Positions 25,061 to 37,023 of a DNA stretch of 64,000 bases are shown here, piece after piece; the first letter of the stretch is position 1; each line of letters starts with the position of its first letter. A program made the translations under genes and the position numbers. Under the pieces are notes generated by a model that was not told the origin of the DNA, made no database searches, and saw nothing but the letters and a program-made list of their open reading frames with translations. Source of the DNA: Bilabrum cf. latius (Eukaryota); assembly GCA_965178125.1 (NCBI GenBank), contig OZ237770.1:434001-498000 (forward strand). The letters run 5' to 3'.

Positions 25061-27192
25061 ATGCTAAGAACGCCGTGCAACCAATTCGAGTATAATCCTC
25101 ACAACAAGCTGGGAGAGGGCGGAGAGGCGACTGTCTATAAGGGCCGAAGCCTGAAGGACGGGCTACCTGTAGCAGTCAAGGTCACCAGACGCCCTGCACG
25201 GGCTGAGCTACGTGCAATGCAAGTAATGGGTAGAATCCCCAATGCAGCTTCTAGTGTGCTTGCAAGTGGTTCTACGTGCCACGGCTCGTACGCTGTAATG
25301 GTGAGCTAGGCACACTCCCGAGCAGTTGCAGGTGGGCAATCTGCCCTGCAGCATTAATGTTGGCTATTGGTGACATCTGCCTGCCAGTTAGCCTAATTTG
25401 AATGCTATTATGTCAATGCCCCGCCAACGAGACTTAAATCGGGTAGCCCCATGGGCTAGGGCTCTCATGGACACAGTGGCAGTGGCAAACCAGAGCTCTT
25501 TCCCCGGGTGGTCGTCGCCAGCCCAGCGTGGCATGACACACGTGTCTGCGCCAGCGCGCAGCATCCGGACCAATGCAGCCAAGATGCTTCATAGGATCAA
25601 ATACTAATGAAAGTTTCCATCAGCATCGCCTCATTCACACCTGCCAAGCCATGCCCTTTACTCCGCAGGAGCTGTGCAACGGCGGCGACATGCTTGACTT
25701 TGTAGAGGCACGCACCAGGACCATCCCCATCCCAGGCGAGCATCATGCCACTAGTAGTAGCAGCAGCAACTGCATGATGGTGGCCCTTCCCGAGGAGCAG
25801 GTGGCGGTGCTAGCCGTCCGACTGGCCCGCACCCTGCTGGTGGCACACGCACTGGGGCTGGCACACGGGGACTGCAAGCTAGAGAACGTCTTCGTGAAGG
25901 GAGACCCAGAGGCAGCCAGCAGCACCACCCGCGCTGTGGATGGCTGGAGACGGCAGGCGAAGCCGCATGCATTCGACAAGACCGCAGGCGCCAGACTGGG
26001 AGTGGACGCAGCGGGCTGGGAGCGAGCGGCTAGTGCCCCTACCGTGGTGCTGGGTGACTGGGGATTCGCGAGAGACGTGTCACCCCGCATGCAGCGAGTG
26101 AGCGCGGACGTGTGCAAGAGCAGCGGGTGGACCATGCCTGCCGGTGCCGACAGTGAGGGATGCGGCGCGGGTGCATCGCATGGTGGGGCAGGCGTGCCGC
26201 AGCACCGACTGGCCATCGGCCACTTCATCGCGCCCGAGTCGGACCGGGTGGCGAGGACGCTGGGCTCGTGCCCGCTGGCGCACAGGGGGGTGGCCGACAG
26301 GATCTGCGCTGCCACCGCCGATGCATTCTCTCTGGGGGTGTGCCTCAGCAGCATGGCAACCTGCACCTGCGTGATGTCTGACCCGGCCACAGGCCGAGTG
26401 CAGGCGGGCGATGCGCTGGAGATGGAGGGCGGGCCTTTCTCGCGGGGGCTGCTGCGGGCCGTGCACAGGCTGTGCCACCCGAACCCAAGGCTCCGCTGGA
26501 GCGTGCAGAAGGCGTGGGAGGATGACGAGTGGTTCCGCTACGCGCGGCGCCTAGAGGAGGCGGTGTTCGCCCCAACAATGCGCGCTTCAGCTTGCGCGCC
26601 TGTGGCTAAGCTGGTGCTAGCGCCAGCAGCGGCAGCAGCCTCGCCCGCAATGTCGAAGGGGGCACTAGTCGTGTCGAAGACTGGGGCAGAGGCAGGCAAA
26701 GCCGCCTGCTCGTGCGCCTCACCGAAAGGAGCCGCATGCAGCAAACAAGTGCCATTAGATGCGGGAACTGACAAAGTCGTAGGCACAGGTGCGAGGGCTA
26801 CTGATGGGAGCACCCCCATGCAGTGCAGCCGGCAAGAGTCCTGCATGTCCATGCGGAGCGCTGGCTCCGATAGCACGATGTGTGACTAGTGCAGCCCATC
26901 CGTCCCAGTCACGCGCGGGGCCGAGGAGGAGGTCGAGGACGGAGGCTGCGGGCACAACAGGTCAACTGCCAGCCAGGTATCTGTGGGCGCATGCCGGGCG
27001 GGTGATCGAACCTGCGAGAGGCCTCGCATCGATGGGAAGGCTGGCTCCGGGTATGAATCCTTCGAGGGCGTATAGGAAGTGACTAGCCGATTCGGGGAGG
27101 CTGCAGCTCCGAGACCGGGCCGAGCCGCATCGGGAGCATGGGACTGTGCACCATTGGGCAATTCGGGGCAGGCTGCCATGAGTGACTTCTAA
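25061..27192 (+). CDS. Ser/Thr protein kinase (intron 25301-25668; TAG at 26887 and 27073)
   Basis: LGEGGEATVYKG, AVKV, ELCNGGD, HGDCKLENV, DWG, APE; ends TAA followed by AT-rich sequence with AATAAA. Confidence 0.88.
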
Positions 27193-29032
27193 ATTTTGAA
27201 CAAGCACTACGTTTCACATGAAATAAAGCAAGGAGCGTGATTGGCATCAAGATCCTCACAAAATAGGATGATCGAATGAGCACCTTGGTACCCCTGGCGC
27301 GCGCAACTCGGGCTCGGGCTTGGAGAGGATGCGCGGCACGCACGCTGGGTGCCCAGCCCGCGTATCGGTTGGCGCAGCTTCCCCGTGATGTTCCCCCGTA
27401 CACCCCCTTTGGGAACCGTCCACCGTGGACGCATCTACCCCCGCTACCCTTGCGGGTCGGGCAGTGTGTGTAGCGGAACTTCCAAACAAATGCGGATCAA
27501 TAATTGCGCGGCGCCGATTCTATTTCGACCTGATTTCGACGCTTGCGCTTCTCCTGATACCTTCCTCGGCTCCATGGCGCAGCTACCGAGGAGCGAAAAC
27601 CAAATTCGAATCGGAGGCCCCTGGCGACCCGGCAGGAGTTCTGTCTGCGAGGCGCTGAATTCAAATGATGAATGCCGCTAGGCAGGTATTTGTGTGCCGA
27701 ATATTAGCATCCGTCAAATAGTATGAACCAATTATTGCGATGAATGATACTAATGCTTCAACAGTGTGGCCTAGCAGCAGGATGTTTCTCGATATCATCC
27801 AAAGTGCTGCAAGCCTCCTGCATGGCGCACCTTGCCATCATCTTCACTGAGCTTCTGGCAAAGCCTCATAATACCGTCCCGCATGCTTAGCTTGCTATAT
27901 ACGCTGTGACTGATCAAAATCGGCGGGCATGCTGCTGGCTGCTGAGTCACAGAGCTGCAGCAGGTGCTGCCGGTCTCCGCCTGACAGCCCACCTCGACTG
28001 CAGCTGCCGGCTCTGCTGGACCAAGCAGGTTAGCCTCGAGTGCCAGTACAACTTCATCATATTCTGTAGATGCCGCGAGGCAATCGATCGTTGCCCAAGT
28101 CATTGTCCGCGATCGCTTTGCCGATGGTATGCTGCCGTCTTCGCCGCTGTCCTCCTTGGACCCTCCACCCAGCGGTATAATGGCCTAGGCAAAATCACTG
28201 GTCATACCTGATGCTTCCACTGTCAATTCTGCTTGTGGCGCGCTGCTTCTGCTTGACGATGAAGTCGCTGCCCTGAGCACATCGGAGGACCCGATGTCGT
28301 GGTGTCTCGTGGGGAGCAGGTGCGGTCGTTGGATTTGACCAGCGCCTACCACAGGCATGGAAATCAGCTAGCAGATGGTGTCGATACCGCTTTTTAATTA
28401 TGCTATTGATTGCATGGTACGTTGAGTATAGTCTATATTGTCGACACCATTAACGCCCCTATTCTAGCACTCATGGCTATCGTGCAAGTGAAGAGGCGCC
28501 TGGGCGCCGTGAACCGCACCCACCCGCATGTATCACTTAATCATAGTCTCATGTGTTGTAGGGGCATTCAATGTGTATAGACCAGTGCTAAGCTGGTATA
28601 ATGAAGCCAGCAAGCAAAATACGTCGTGTATTTACATATTCTCGATAAAATTTGAGACATAAATACCTGGGCATACACTGCAAAACAAACTAGGGCGAAG
28701 AGGTGAGCTCATAGGGCCAAAGATGAGCTCATAGGGCCAAAGTATGGGGGCGAACGCAACCTGCAGAAATTTGACAGTTTGCGGTCATCCTGCTGCATGC
28801 ACATTGACTGAACGCATAAAATCCCAACAATCTGTTGAGAGATATTTCTACAACCACAGAATCCCAGAACGGTGGGACTGGAGGCGCTAGGACGAGCCAA
28901 ACTTCTTGCGACCAGGCAGGTACCACTGGCAGTGGCCGAGTCGCCAGGCCGCCGGATATTCCGCTGGTAACGAGCACCTTTCTGTGCCGATAAAACATAA
29001 CGACACAATTCCACTCGACCACAAAGATTAAC

Positions 29033-30243
29033 ATGGGCGTCCAGATTTCCATGGTAGCAGTGACTGCAACCTCGGGAATACTTGAATCAGCTTATAAGGA
29101 CTCCAACAATGAAGGCCTTGTAGTGATTGGACGGCCACTCAACCCAGGCGCGCCTGGAACCGCCTACGACACTGGCTTCGCGTGCGACTTGGACGGTGGG
29201 GCCGCCTTCGACGAGACGACGACTGAGAAGGCATGCACACGGATGGGCAAGAATATAAGGGGAGGTTACACCCTTTCCGGCCAGAGCGTAAACGGTGGCT
29301 CCTTCTCTGCGCGAGACGTCGTATGCGCAGCGAACCAGGGCTTCAATCCATCGCAAAGTGATACGAGCCGGCACTGCCAGTTGAATTCGGACGTATCGTC
29401 ATGCTCCAACACAAATGGCATTTTCATTTCGTGCCTCCCAAACTTTTCCGGGGCAGCGGCCGACTTCCTCCAGTTCAGGCTGGCAAACGCAGCGGGAGGC
29501 ACCACTGACCAAACGACCACGACCGGGACGGGCGTGCTTTAGGTGAGCGCAGCAGGCACGGACTACGCCCCCGTTTGCGATCAAGGTATCACACAAGCCA
29601 CGGTGACGAAACTCTGCAGCTTCATGGGAGTCCCGGACACTGGCACCTTCAGCACTGGCGTGACGACGGGCGGGTCATCCTCCTACGCTCTCAAAGACCT
29701 GGACTGCAGCGCGGCGAACAACGGCGGGGAGTGCGACTTCGATCGGAGACCGGGGTGCGGAGCAGATCAGGCCGTGACAATCACGTGCGCGCTGCCCAGT
29801 CCGAGTCCCAGCCCATCCGCGTCGGTGAGCGCCAGCCCGTCCACGTCGCTGAGCGCCAGCCCGTCCACGACGGTGAGCGCCAGCCCGTCCACGTCGGTGA
29901 GCGCCAGCCCGTCCACGTCGGTGAGCGCCAGCCCAACCACGTCGGTGAGTCCCAGCCCGTCCACGTCGGTGAGCGCCAGCCCAACCACGTCGGTGAGCGC
30001 CAGCCCATCCACCTCGGTGAGCGCCAGCCCGTCCACGTCAGTGAGCCCCAGCCCGTCCACGTCGGTGAGCGCCAGCCCATCCACGTCGGTGAGCCCCAGC
30101 CCGTCCACGTCGGTGAGCGCCAGCCCATCTTCATCCCCAGATGCAGCCGCGGCATCCCCCTCGCCCTCGGCTTCCAGCCTGCCCCTTCCCGCCCTCGCAC
30201 GGCGGGAGGAGCTGCCGGTGGACAGCCCCGCTCGGGCGACCAC
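29033..30243 (+). CDS. 5' part of host SRCR-like domain / mucin-stalk membrane protein, interrupted by the virophage (start uncertain)
   Basis: Two Cys-rich SRCR-like units (FRL...GVL*V...PVCD...KLC..MG...LKDLDC...C...C...AVTITC) followed by (SPSTSVSA)n; TAG at 29540 in frame. Confidence 0.75.
29798..30130 (+). repeat. 24-bp coding minisatellite (SPSTSVSA)n
   Basis: Tandem AGCCCGTCCACGTCGGTGAGCGCC-like units. Confidence 0.9.
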
Positions 30244-30273
30244 TGACGTAGTCCGAAAATAAAATAGGAATAT

Positions 30274-31246
30274 AATGTCATTATATTCCTATTTTATTTT
30301 CGGACTACGTCACGCATGCTTCACTTTTTTAATGTGTCCATATATTCACTTTTATTTTTTTATTTATTTATATTTTTTTGTATAATTAAATTTTTTATAA
30401 AATAATAATTTTGTTGTAATATATTGAATAATTATAATTCGTTACATGCTATACTTTTTATTTTTTTATAATATTTTCGCGGATTAAGATTAAATCAATT
30501 TATTGATTTTTATCAAAATTTATTTTTATTCGATAGAATGAAAATAATTAAATTCGAAGAATTTAATTTATAAATGGATCATCAAATAATATTTATTATA
30601 TTTCTATAATTTGTACAATTTGGCGGATGGCTCACATTTTAAAAAAAGTTCGCCAGAAAGCAGAAAATAAATTTATTTATTTTTTGTTTTCGTTTTTAAG
30701 AAATGGAAAAAGCATATTTATTTTATTATGGGAATTTTTAAGGGGTTAATCATTAAAATATTTTATTGCTTTATTTATGGCTCTATAATTTGAGTTCATG
30801 CATTGGGTCGCTCTCTTCGTTCGCTTAAAAGTGATATAGTAATAAAAGTTAGAAATAATATTATAATAATTTATTTTAATTAATTTACTGAGAAAGACAA
30901 TAAAATATTTTTTTTAAATTCTGTCACCAATTGAAAAAGTAATACAGATAACTAATAATATTAAATATTAATATATTAATGGAATATAGTAATATTTTCA
31001 GAATACTTGCCTATTATACTTTTTTTTAGAAGGGTGACAAAAGCGGTGACAAAACGTGATTTTCGAGGTCTCAGGAAATTTTTATTTTTAAAATCATATT
31101 TTCTGTAGAGTTCAGAATATTAATTTTGTCATCGGTTTTGTCATCAAAAAATTACAATTTATTAAAGGTGATGCTTAATTTTAAATTGGAGCTGTAATTT
31201 TGCATTTAACTCTTCGAATGTGTCATAAACATATATTTGAGAGGGT
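30274..31246 (+). repeat. Left terminal inverted repeat (~970 bp)
   Basis: Near-identical reverse complement of 56889-57855; the differences I noticed were homopolymer lengths and one substitution. Confidence 0.95.
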
Positions 31247-31549
31247 AAAATAAAAATATAAAATCAGGAACAAATCGCGACAAATTATATATTTTCTGAA
31301 TTGTCACGAGCTGGAGAACACAAAAATCATATTTATAAGTTACGTGCATTTTTATTTTAAAAGTTAAAAATTAAAAGCTATATAGATACACACTCAAAAG
31401 CATGTAGATATATATAAAACAATGTCTGGCTAACATGAACAACTCAAAAACAATTGACACATACACTCCAAGGCTATTAAATCCCTATATCGTATCTATA
31501 TAATTATACACAAGAAAAAAAAAAGCGAAAATAAAAACTATATATTTTT

Positions 31550-31553
31550 TCTA
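31550..31553 (+). promoter_or_regulatory. TCTA late-promoter motif (also at 32511, 34371, 49413, 50879, 52961, 53594, 56329 and before several minus-strand genes)
   Basis: AT-flanked TCTA 13-15 nt upstream of the ATG in eight plus-strand virophage genes; same core as the CroV/mavirus late promoter. Confidence 0.8.
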
Positions 31554-31566
31554 ACTATATAATATT

Positions 31567-32457
31567 ATGAGTCGTAATATTTATTTAACTGGACAATCCA
31601 GTGGAGCAAATGGGGCAGCTTCAATTGCTCGTGTAAATGTAAATAGACAAACAGATATTATAAGTGATACTACGGGATGGTTAATTTCAGTAGAACGCTT
31701 AATTATGAATAAAATTCTTCTACCCTTATTTGATCCAAACGCAAATAAACCCACTATATCATTTCAAAATATTAGTTCTGGTGTCGTAACTTCTGAGGTT
31801 GTTGATTTTTCGGCATTTGATGACCAAGACGGATATATTTATGATTATAGAGATGTCGCCTCGGCAATATCAAATACATTTAGTTCTTTATGTTCAACTT
31901 TAAGTATTGCAGATGTTCCCATAATGACATTTAATGTATCAACAAATAAATTTGAAATTGTTTCGGTTGGTGCTTTTAGATCTGCTTGGAAAATTGGATT
32001 TAATAATGATCTATTTACTTACATGCCATCTTTTAATTATGAATCTGTTTTATCATCTCCTTATTATATTGAACTGGCAGAAGACAGAGAAACACAATAT
32101 ACAAGCACACTTGAGCTTATGTCCCCTGTTTCTAGAATTGTAATTAAATCGAATCTACCAACTGAAAACGAACTTTTACCTCCCCCAATTAACCAATCTG
32201 ATGCAATCGCTGGATCTTCAGACAGTGCGGGTTTTCTAGTCGACTTTGATGTCCAACAGTCGAATAATCAGTCTGTTTCACTTATAAAATATAGTGCAAG
32301 AGATACTGACCATATATGGCACAATTTTAAAGAGTCTAGAAATATTAATTCATTCTATCTAGATTTTTATTGGTTTGACTATAATAATGTTGGTCATCCA
32401 ATCGCATTAAATAAAAATTCACAAATTGATATAAAATTATATTTTGTACAACAATAA
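31567..32457 (+). CDS. Virophage minor capsid (penton) protein
   Basis: 296-aa beta-rich protein directly upstream of MCP, mavirus-like order; C-terminal DFYWFD...IKLYF. Confidence 0.75.
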   Translation: MSRNIYLTGQSSGANGAASIARVNVNRQTDIISDTTGWLISVERLIMNKILLPLFDPNANKPTISFQNISSGVVTSEVVDFSAFDDQDGYIYDYRDVASAISNTFSSLCSTLSIADVPIMTFNVSTNKFEIVSVGAFRSAWKIGFNNDLFTYMPSFNYESVLSSPYYIELAEDRETQYTSTLELMSPVSRIVIKSNLPTENELLPPPINQSDAIAGSSDSAGFLVDFDVQQSNNQSVSLIKYSARDTDHIWHNFKESRNINSFYLDFYWFDYNNVGHPIALNKNSQIDIKLYFVQQ

Positions 32458-32527
32458 TAAAAATAATATAAGTTTTAATAATCAATTAGACAAAAATATA
32501 ATAATTTTTTTCTAATGTTAATTTATT

Positions 32528-34321
32528 ATGTCAAAATACTATAAAGATGTGGTCGTTATGATGCCATCAAACGAGAAATTTAAAGAGCCAAAAGACGTGA
32601 TGTTAGGGGCAAGAGCCTCTAATTCTGAGTCTATAAGACGTGTTATTCCAGCCAGTAATGGCTCACCTGATAAAGGTCAAGCAGGAACAATTGAATTTAA
32701 TTATAATTTCCCTAAGGGCAATGTGCAATCTGTGCCACAACTTCAGGCAGAGCTCACATTGACATTAAGAAAAATTAATAGCGAGGTGATTGCCGATAAT
32801 AAAGCGTTATTTGGTAAATTCGGAATTAGACAATTCGCATTAAATAGACTTATTGATAATGCCAAGGTAGAAATGAATGGGCACGAGTTCAGCTCCAGAC
32901 CATCACAAACAACAGAGTGTTTTGTAAATTCTCAACCATTGTCTCAATTGATGCGTTTGTCTGATGCTCCAGCTGGTCAATTTATGACTACCTACACAGA
33001 TAAATTTATTAATAACTCATTGCGTGAGGGTGCAAATGCTGTTGATACCGTTTCATCTAACGGGCTCGGGAATAACTGGACTTTCTCAGATGTTGCAGTT
33101 ACTGCAGATGGTGCAGGTTTTGTAAAAGTTGCATTAAAAGTTATCTATAGAGAGGTTATATTAGCTCAACCTTTCCAATACCATAACCCCAATCCAGTAC
33201 CCTTTAGAAACCTAAAGGACTTCAAGTGTCAATTTGACATTAAGGCATTGACTGGCTTGGTTGGTGACTTTTTAGTTGCTGACACAACAGCAGTTGACGC
33301 TACAACCACCGTTGAATGTACATCTTCTAAATATAGTTTACTTGTGCACACATGGAATCCAAGCTTAAACCCAATCATTCCTGAAGAAATCGTATATAAT
33401 GCACCCGAAGTAACTAAGTTGGTTTCTCAATCTCAAAATATTGTATCTGGTGGTACTGTTACCCAAAGAACAATAGAAACAAGCACATTTGTACTTAATA
33501 GTGTACCTACTGCACTTTTCATATATGCTAAAAGAGAAAAACTAACCGATGGTTTAAGTTATGGACAACCTGATGAATACGCATCAATTAAAAACCTTTC
33601 TATCGGAACAGCCCAGAAAGAAGACATCTTTAGTAACTACACGCAAAGCCAACTTTATGAAATGTCAGCGTCCAACGGATACAACGAAAGGTACGCAAAA
33701 TTTTCCCAGCAACAAGTGGGTGATGGTATATTCGGGCTTGGTTCAGTGCTAATTATTAAGCCTTCAGACATTCCTGCGGCATCTCAACAAGCCTTTATTA
33801 GTCACGCAAACGAGACATTTACTATGAAAGTTAAAACTCTATTGGATTGTCCAGTAACTGGAAATTATACACTTAATGTTCTAGCATATTATGACGATCT
33901 TGTTTTATTCAATGAAGGTGACAATGGCACTTATAAATCTATGAGACCTCTCATTTCTGGTGAAGTATTATCTAAAGCACCCGTTGTATACTCTGAAAAT
34001 ACCGCTCAAGATAACCATATTGTCGGTGGTTTCTCCTTTAGAGACCTAGGAAACAGCGTTTGGTCAGGCCTTACATGGCTTGGTCGTCAATTACAAAGAC
34101 CAGAGGTTAAAGCAGTATCTAGAACCCTAAGAAATTCAGGTCTTGCCCCTCAGGTAGCCGACGGCTCAGCAATTGGCGATTTTGTTTCTAGATTTGGTTA
34201 TGGAAAAGGTAAGAAAACCACAAAGAAAGGGGGTGATTTACTAAACATTGGTTCAGGCAAAAGCAAAGGAGGTAAAAAGCTAAGCAAAGCCCAATTAAAA
34301 AAAATGCTTGACCAAATGTAA
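32528..34321 (+). CDS. Virophage major capsid protein
   Basis: 597 aa, beta-rich, size and position as mavirus MCP; diglycine site IVGG followed by a basic C-terminal tail. Confidence 0.85.
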   Translation: MSKYYKDVVVMMPSNEKFKEPKDVMLGARASNSESIRRVIPASNGSPDKGQAGTIEFNYNFPKGNVQSVPQLQAELTLTLRKINSEVIADNKALFGKFGIRQFALNRLIDNAKVEMNGHEFSSRPSQTTECFVNSQPLSQLMRLSDAPAGQFMTTYTDKFINNSLREGANAVDTVSSNGLGNNWTFSDVAVTADGAGFVKVALKVIYREVILAQPFQYHNPNPVPFRNLKDFKCQFDIKALTGLVGDFLVADTTAVDATTTVECTSSKYSLLVHTWNPSLNPIIPEEIVYNAPEVTKLVSQSQNIVSGGTVTQRTIETSTFVLNSVPTALFIYAKREKLTDGLSYGQPDEYASIKNLSIGTAQKEDIFSNYTQSQLYEMSASNGYNERYAKFSQQQVGDGIFGLGSVLIIKPSDIPAASQQAFISHANETFTMKVKTLLDCPVTGNYTLNVLAYYDDLVLFNEGDNGTYKSMRPLISGEVLSKAPVVYSENTAQDNHIVGGFSFRDLGNSVWSGLTWLGRQLQRPEVKAVSRTLRNSGLAPQVADGSAIGDFVSRFGYGKGKKTTKKGGDLLNIGSGKSKGGKKLSKAQLKKMLDQM

Positions 34322-34387
34322 ATAGATTAATTTTATTGTATTAATTAAAAGATTTTAATTTAGATTTATTTCTAAACTAAAATTATT

Positions 34388-35566
34388 ATGACTCCTCCAC
34401 TTTCGAAAGAACAAAGGGAAATTTTAAGTAATATATATTATGATGAACATTTTTTATTTGGTCGTGATAAATTATATGAATTAGTTAAATCAAGAGGTTA
34501 CGATATAAGCAGACGACAAATAATGAACTGGTTAAAATCTCAAGAAAACTATCAATTATACAAACCAATTAAACAAAAGAAAACAGTTCAAGCAACAGTA
34601 TTAAAAAGACCTTATGAGCAGTTCGCCGTGGATTTAGTAAATGTCCAAGATATCGAAAAAAATAATAAAAAGTACTTGTTAACTGGCATAGACCTTTTTA
34701 GTAAAGAGGGTTTCGCATTTCCTATTAACAATAAGAAAAAAGAAACCGTATCAAAAGCATTAAAATTAATGATTGGACAATTAAATAAAAAACCATCAAT
34801 TATTAGATCTGATAATGGGAGTGAATTTAAAAATTCGGTTATGACTAAAATGTTAAAAAAAGAAGGAATAAAACAAGTATTCAGTAATCCCTATTCACCC
34901 GAGTCAAACGGTGGTATTGAACGTTTTAATGGTACTCTAAAACGCATGATCAATAAGTCTTTACAGCTTAATAAAGATTGGGTTAATCTTATTTGGGATC
35001 TTGTAGATGCTTATAATAATTCTAAATCAAGAATAACTAAATTTACGCCAAATGAAATTATTAAAAATAAAAAGTTATGGGAACAGGTTTATAAAAATAC
35101 TAGAAAAGAAGCAAAAAATAAATTAGTGAATGAAAGTCATATATTAAAAAAAGGGGATAAAGTAAGAATGGCAAACCTTGAGGATAATTTAAACAGAGGT
35201 CAAAATTTCAGTAAAAAAATATATGAAATTCAAGAAGTATACAAACCAAAGAAAACTTATAGTGTGCCTTCATATAAAATTAAAGGATTAAAAGGTAGAT
35301 ATTATAATGAAGATCTGCAAAAAATTAAATATGTAATGAATGAGCAAAAAGAAGAACAAAAATGGGTTATTTCAAAATTACTTAAACCTACATACAGAGA
35401 TGGCGAACCTAGTTATTATGTTCTATGGAAGGGTTATAAAACGCCTACAATAGAGCCAAGAAAGAATTTAATGGAAGATGTACCAAAATTAGTTAGAAAT
35501 TATGAACGCCTTTATAACGTTAAATGGTATCCAAAAACTGAAACCTTTGACTTTGATTTAAGATGA
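34388..35566 (+). CDS. rve (retroviral-type) integrase with C-terminal chromodomain-like region
   Basis: DDE motifs FAVDL, RSDNGSEF, NGGIERFNGTLK; C-terminal YYVLWKGY..PTIEP..NL. Confidence 0.93.
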   Translation: MTPPLSKEQREILSNIYYDEHFLFGRDKLYELVKSRGYDISRRQIMNWLKSQENYQLYKPIKQKKTVQATVLKRPYEQFAVDLVNVQDIEKNNKKYLLTGIDLFSKEGFAFPINNKKKETVSKALKLMIGQLNKKPSIIRSDNGSEFKNSVMTKMLKKEGIKQVFSNPYSPESNGGIERFNGTLKRMINKSLQLNKDWVNLIWDLVDAYNNSKSRITKFTPNEIIKNKKLWEQVYKNTRKEAKNKLVNESHILKKGDKVRMANLEDNLNRGQNFSKKIYEIQEVYKPKKTYSVPSYKIKGLKGRYYNEDLQKIKYVMNEQKEEQKWVISKLLKPTYRDGEPSYYVLWKGYKTPTIEPRKNLMEDVPKLVRNYERLYNVKWYPKTETFDFDLR

Positions 35567-36499
35567 ATTCAATTTATTCATGCAATTTAATAATATTTTT
35601 ATTTGTTCCTGTTTTGACTTATCATTAATCATTGATAATATGGCGTCTTCTGGTTTTTTATCATTATTATTAGATTGACAATATTTAGTATATGTTAACA
35701 TTTGAGTGCTTGGTGAATTTCCCATAACACGGGCTAAGTCTTCTCTTTCATCATTAGTAAATAATGTTCCTTTATTCATTTTCTCACTAATATAAACATT
35801 TCTAAAATCATTAATAGAAACTTTATTTTTAAAAATCTTGTTTAATATTTTTGTTATACTGGATTGGTCATTTTTTTTATTTGGATTCTTAAATGGAGAT
35901 AAAACATATTCACATTTATATTTTTCTTTAAAATGCTTACAGTAATATATTATACTATCTGGAACTTTAATATATTTGACACCATTTGACTTTTTAGTTT
36001 TATGATCGTATATGTGGAGCTCTTTTTCATCTAGTAATAATTTATTTTCTTCTTCGTGGTTGTCAGTATCTAATATTTTCGTTGTTAACCATTCCGTGAC
36101 TCTAAGAGGTGGCATATATGCGTAAAGAGATAAAAGCCATGCTCTATATTCATTCATTTTATTATTATTGCCTCCTTCAATTTCTTTTAATTTCTTTTCA
36201 ATATCAAAATATTTAAAACCTTTGATATGTTCCTTGGCATTTTTATTATAATATTTGTTGTTTTTTTTCAATTCAATTAATTGTTTATTTAATGTTTCAT
36301 CATAATGTTTATTTATTGCCTTACAAACTGTTATATATTTATGTAAAAAACTAGATTGGTTACTTTGTGGTACATCTTTTAAGTATTCCATTATTGGTTT
36401 ATCTTGTTTCTCTATTTTTTCATAGATTCTAATATAATCATTTATGCTTTTTTCGGCAAGATTGGGCTTTATATTTTGTATTTTTTCATAAAAAGACAT
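35558..36499 (-). CDS. Virophage tyrosine recombinase
   Basis: PPLR, HKTKK, INDFRNVYIS, LARVMGNS...TY in catalytic order. Confidence 0.8.
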   Translation of the reverse strand: MSFYEKIQNIKPNLAEKSINDYIRIYEKIEKQDKPIMEYLKDVPQSNQSSFLHKYITVCKAINKHYDETLNKQLIELKKNNKYYNKNAKEHIKGFKYFDIEKKLKEIEGGNNNKMNEYRAWLLSLYAYMPPLRVTEWLTTKILDTDNHEEENKLLLDEKELHIYDHKTKKSNGVKYIKVPDSIIYYCKHFKEKYKCEYVLSPFKNPNKKNDQSSITKILNKIFKNKVSINDFRNVYISEKMNKGTLFTNDEREDLARVMGNSPSTQMLTYTKYCQSNNNDKKPEDAILSMINDKSKQEQIKILLNCMNKLNSS

Positions 36500-37023
36500 T
36501 CTTTATATAATATATGCTTATTGATGCCAGAGTGTACGCGCAACCTAGTCTCGTTAACAATCAGACATGGCAAGACCTGACAAAGCTGTGCCTGTGCGCG
36601 ACCCTTGACCGGACTGACCGGGGCTGGGAAGAGCACGTGCACTACTCCGCCGAGGAGGAGGGGGTTGGGAGGGTGGGCAAAAATTACCCAATCTCCGCCC
36701 CTCTCCTGAACACAGAGAGGGTATGCGCGTCATCGCAAGCAATCCGTTGGCTTGGTCGCACCTTCCCGGTCGCAACCGCCATCGGAACCCAACGAGACGT
36801 TCACGCGCTCCCACTCTGGCATCAACACCGAACCCCATCCGGCGTTAGGATCATGATGCCAGAGTGTACGCGCAACCTAGTCTCGTTAACAATCAGACAT
36901 GGCAAGACCTGACAAAGCTGTGCCTGTGCGCGACCCTTGACCGGACTGACCGGGGCTGGGAAGAGCACGTGCACTACTCCGCCAAATCTTACCGCCATGT
37001 CTTGTACGCTGCGGCTGTGTGGC

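Noticed and set aside
1827-27192. Mass pseudogenisation or sequencing error as the cause of fragmented host ORFs
   Set aside because: Interruptions are almost all TAG, with no frameshifts and intact motifs; decay or error would also give TAA, TGA and indels
27795-28350. Possible minus-strand gene between the kinase and the SRCR gene
   Set aside because: No recognisable motif or reliable exon structure
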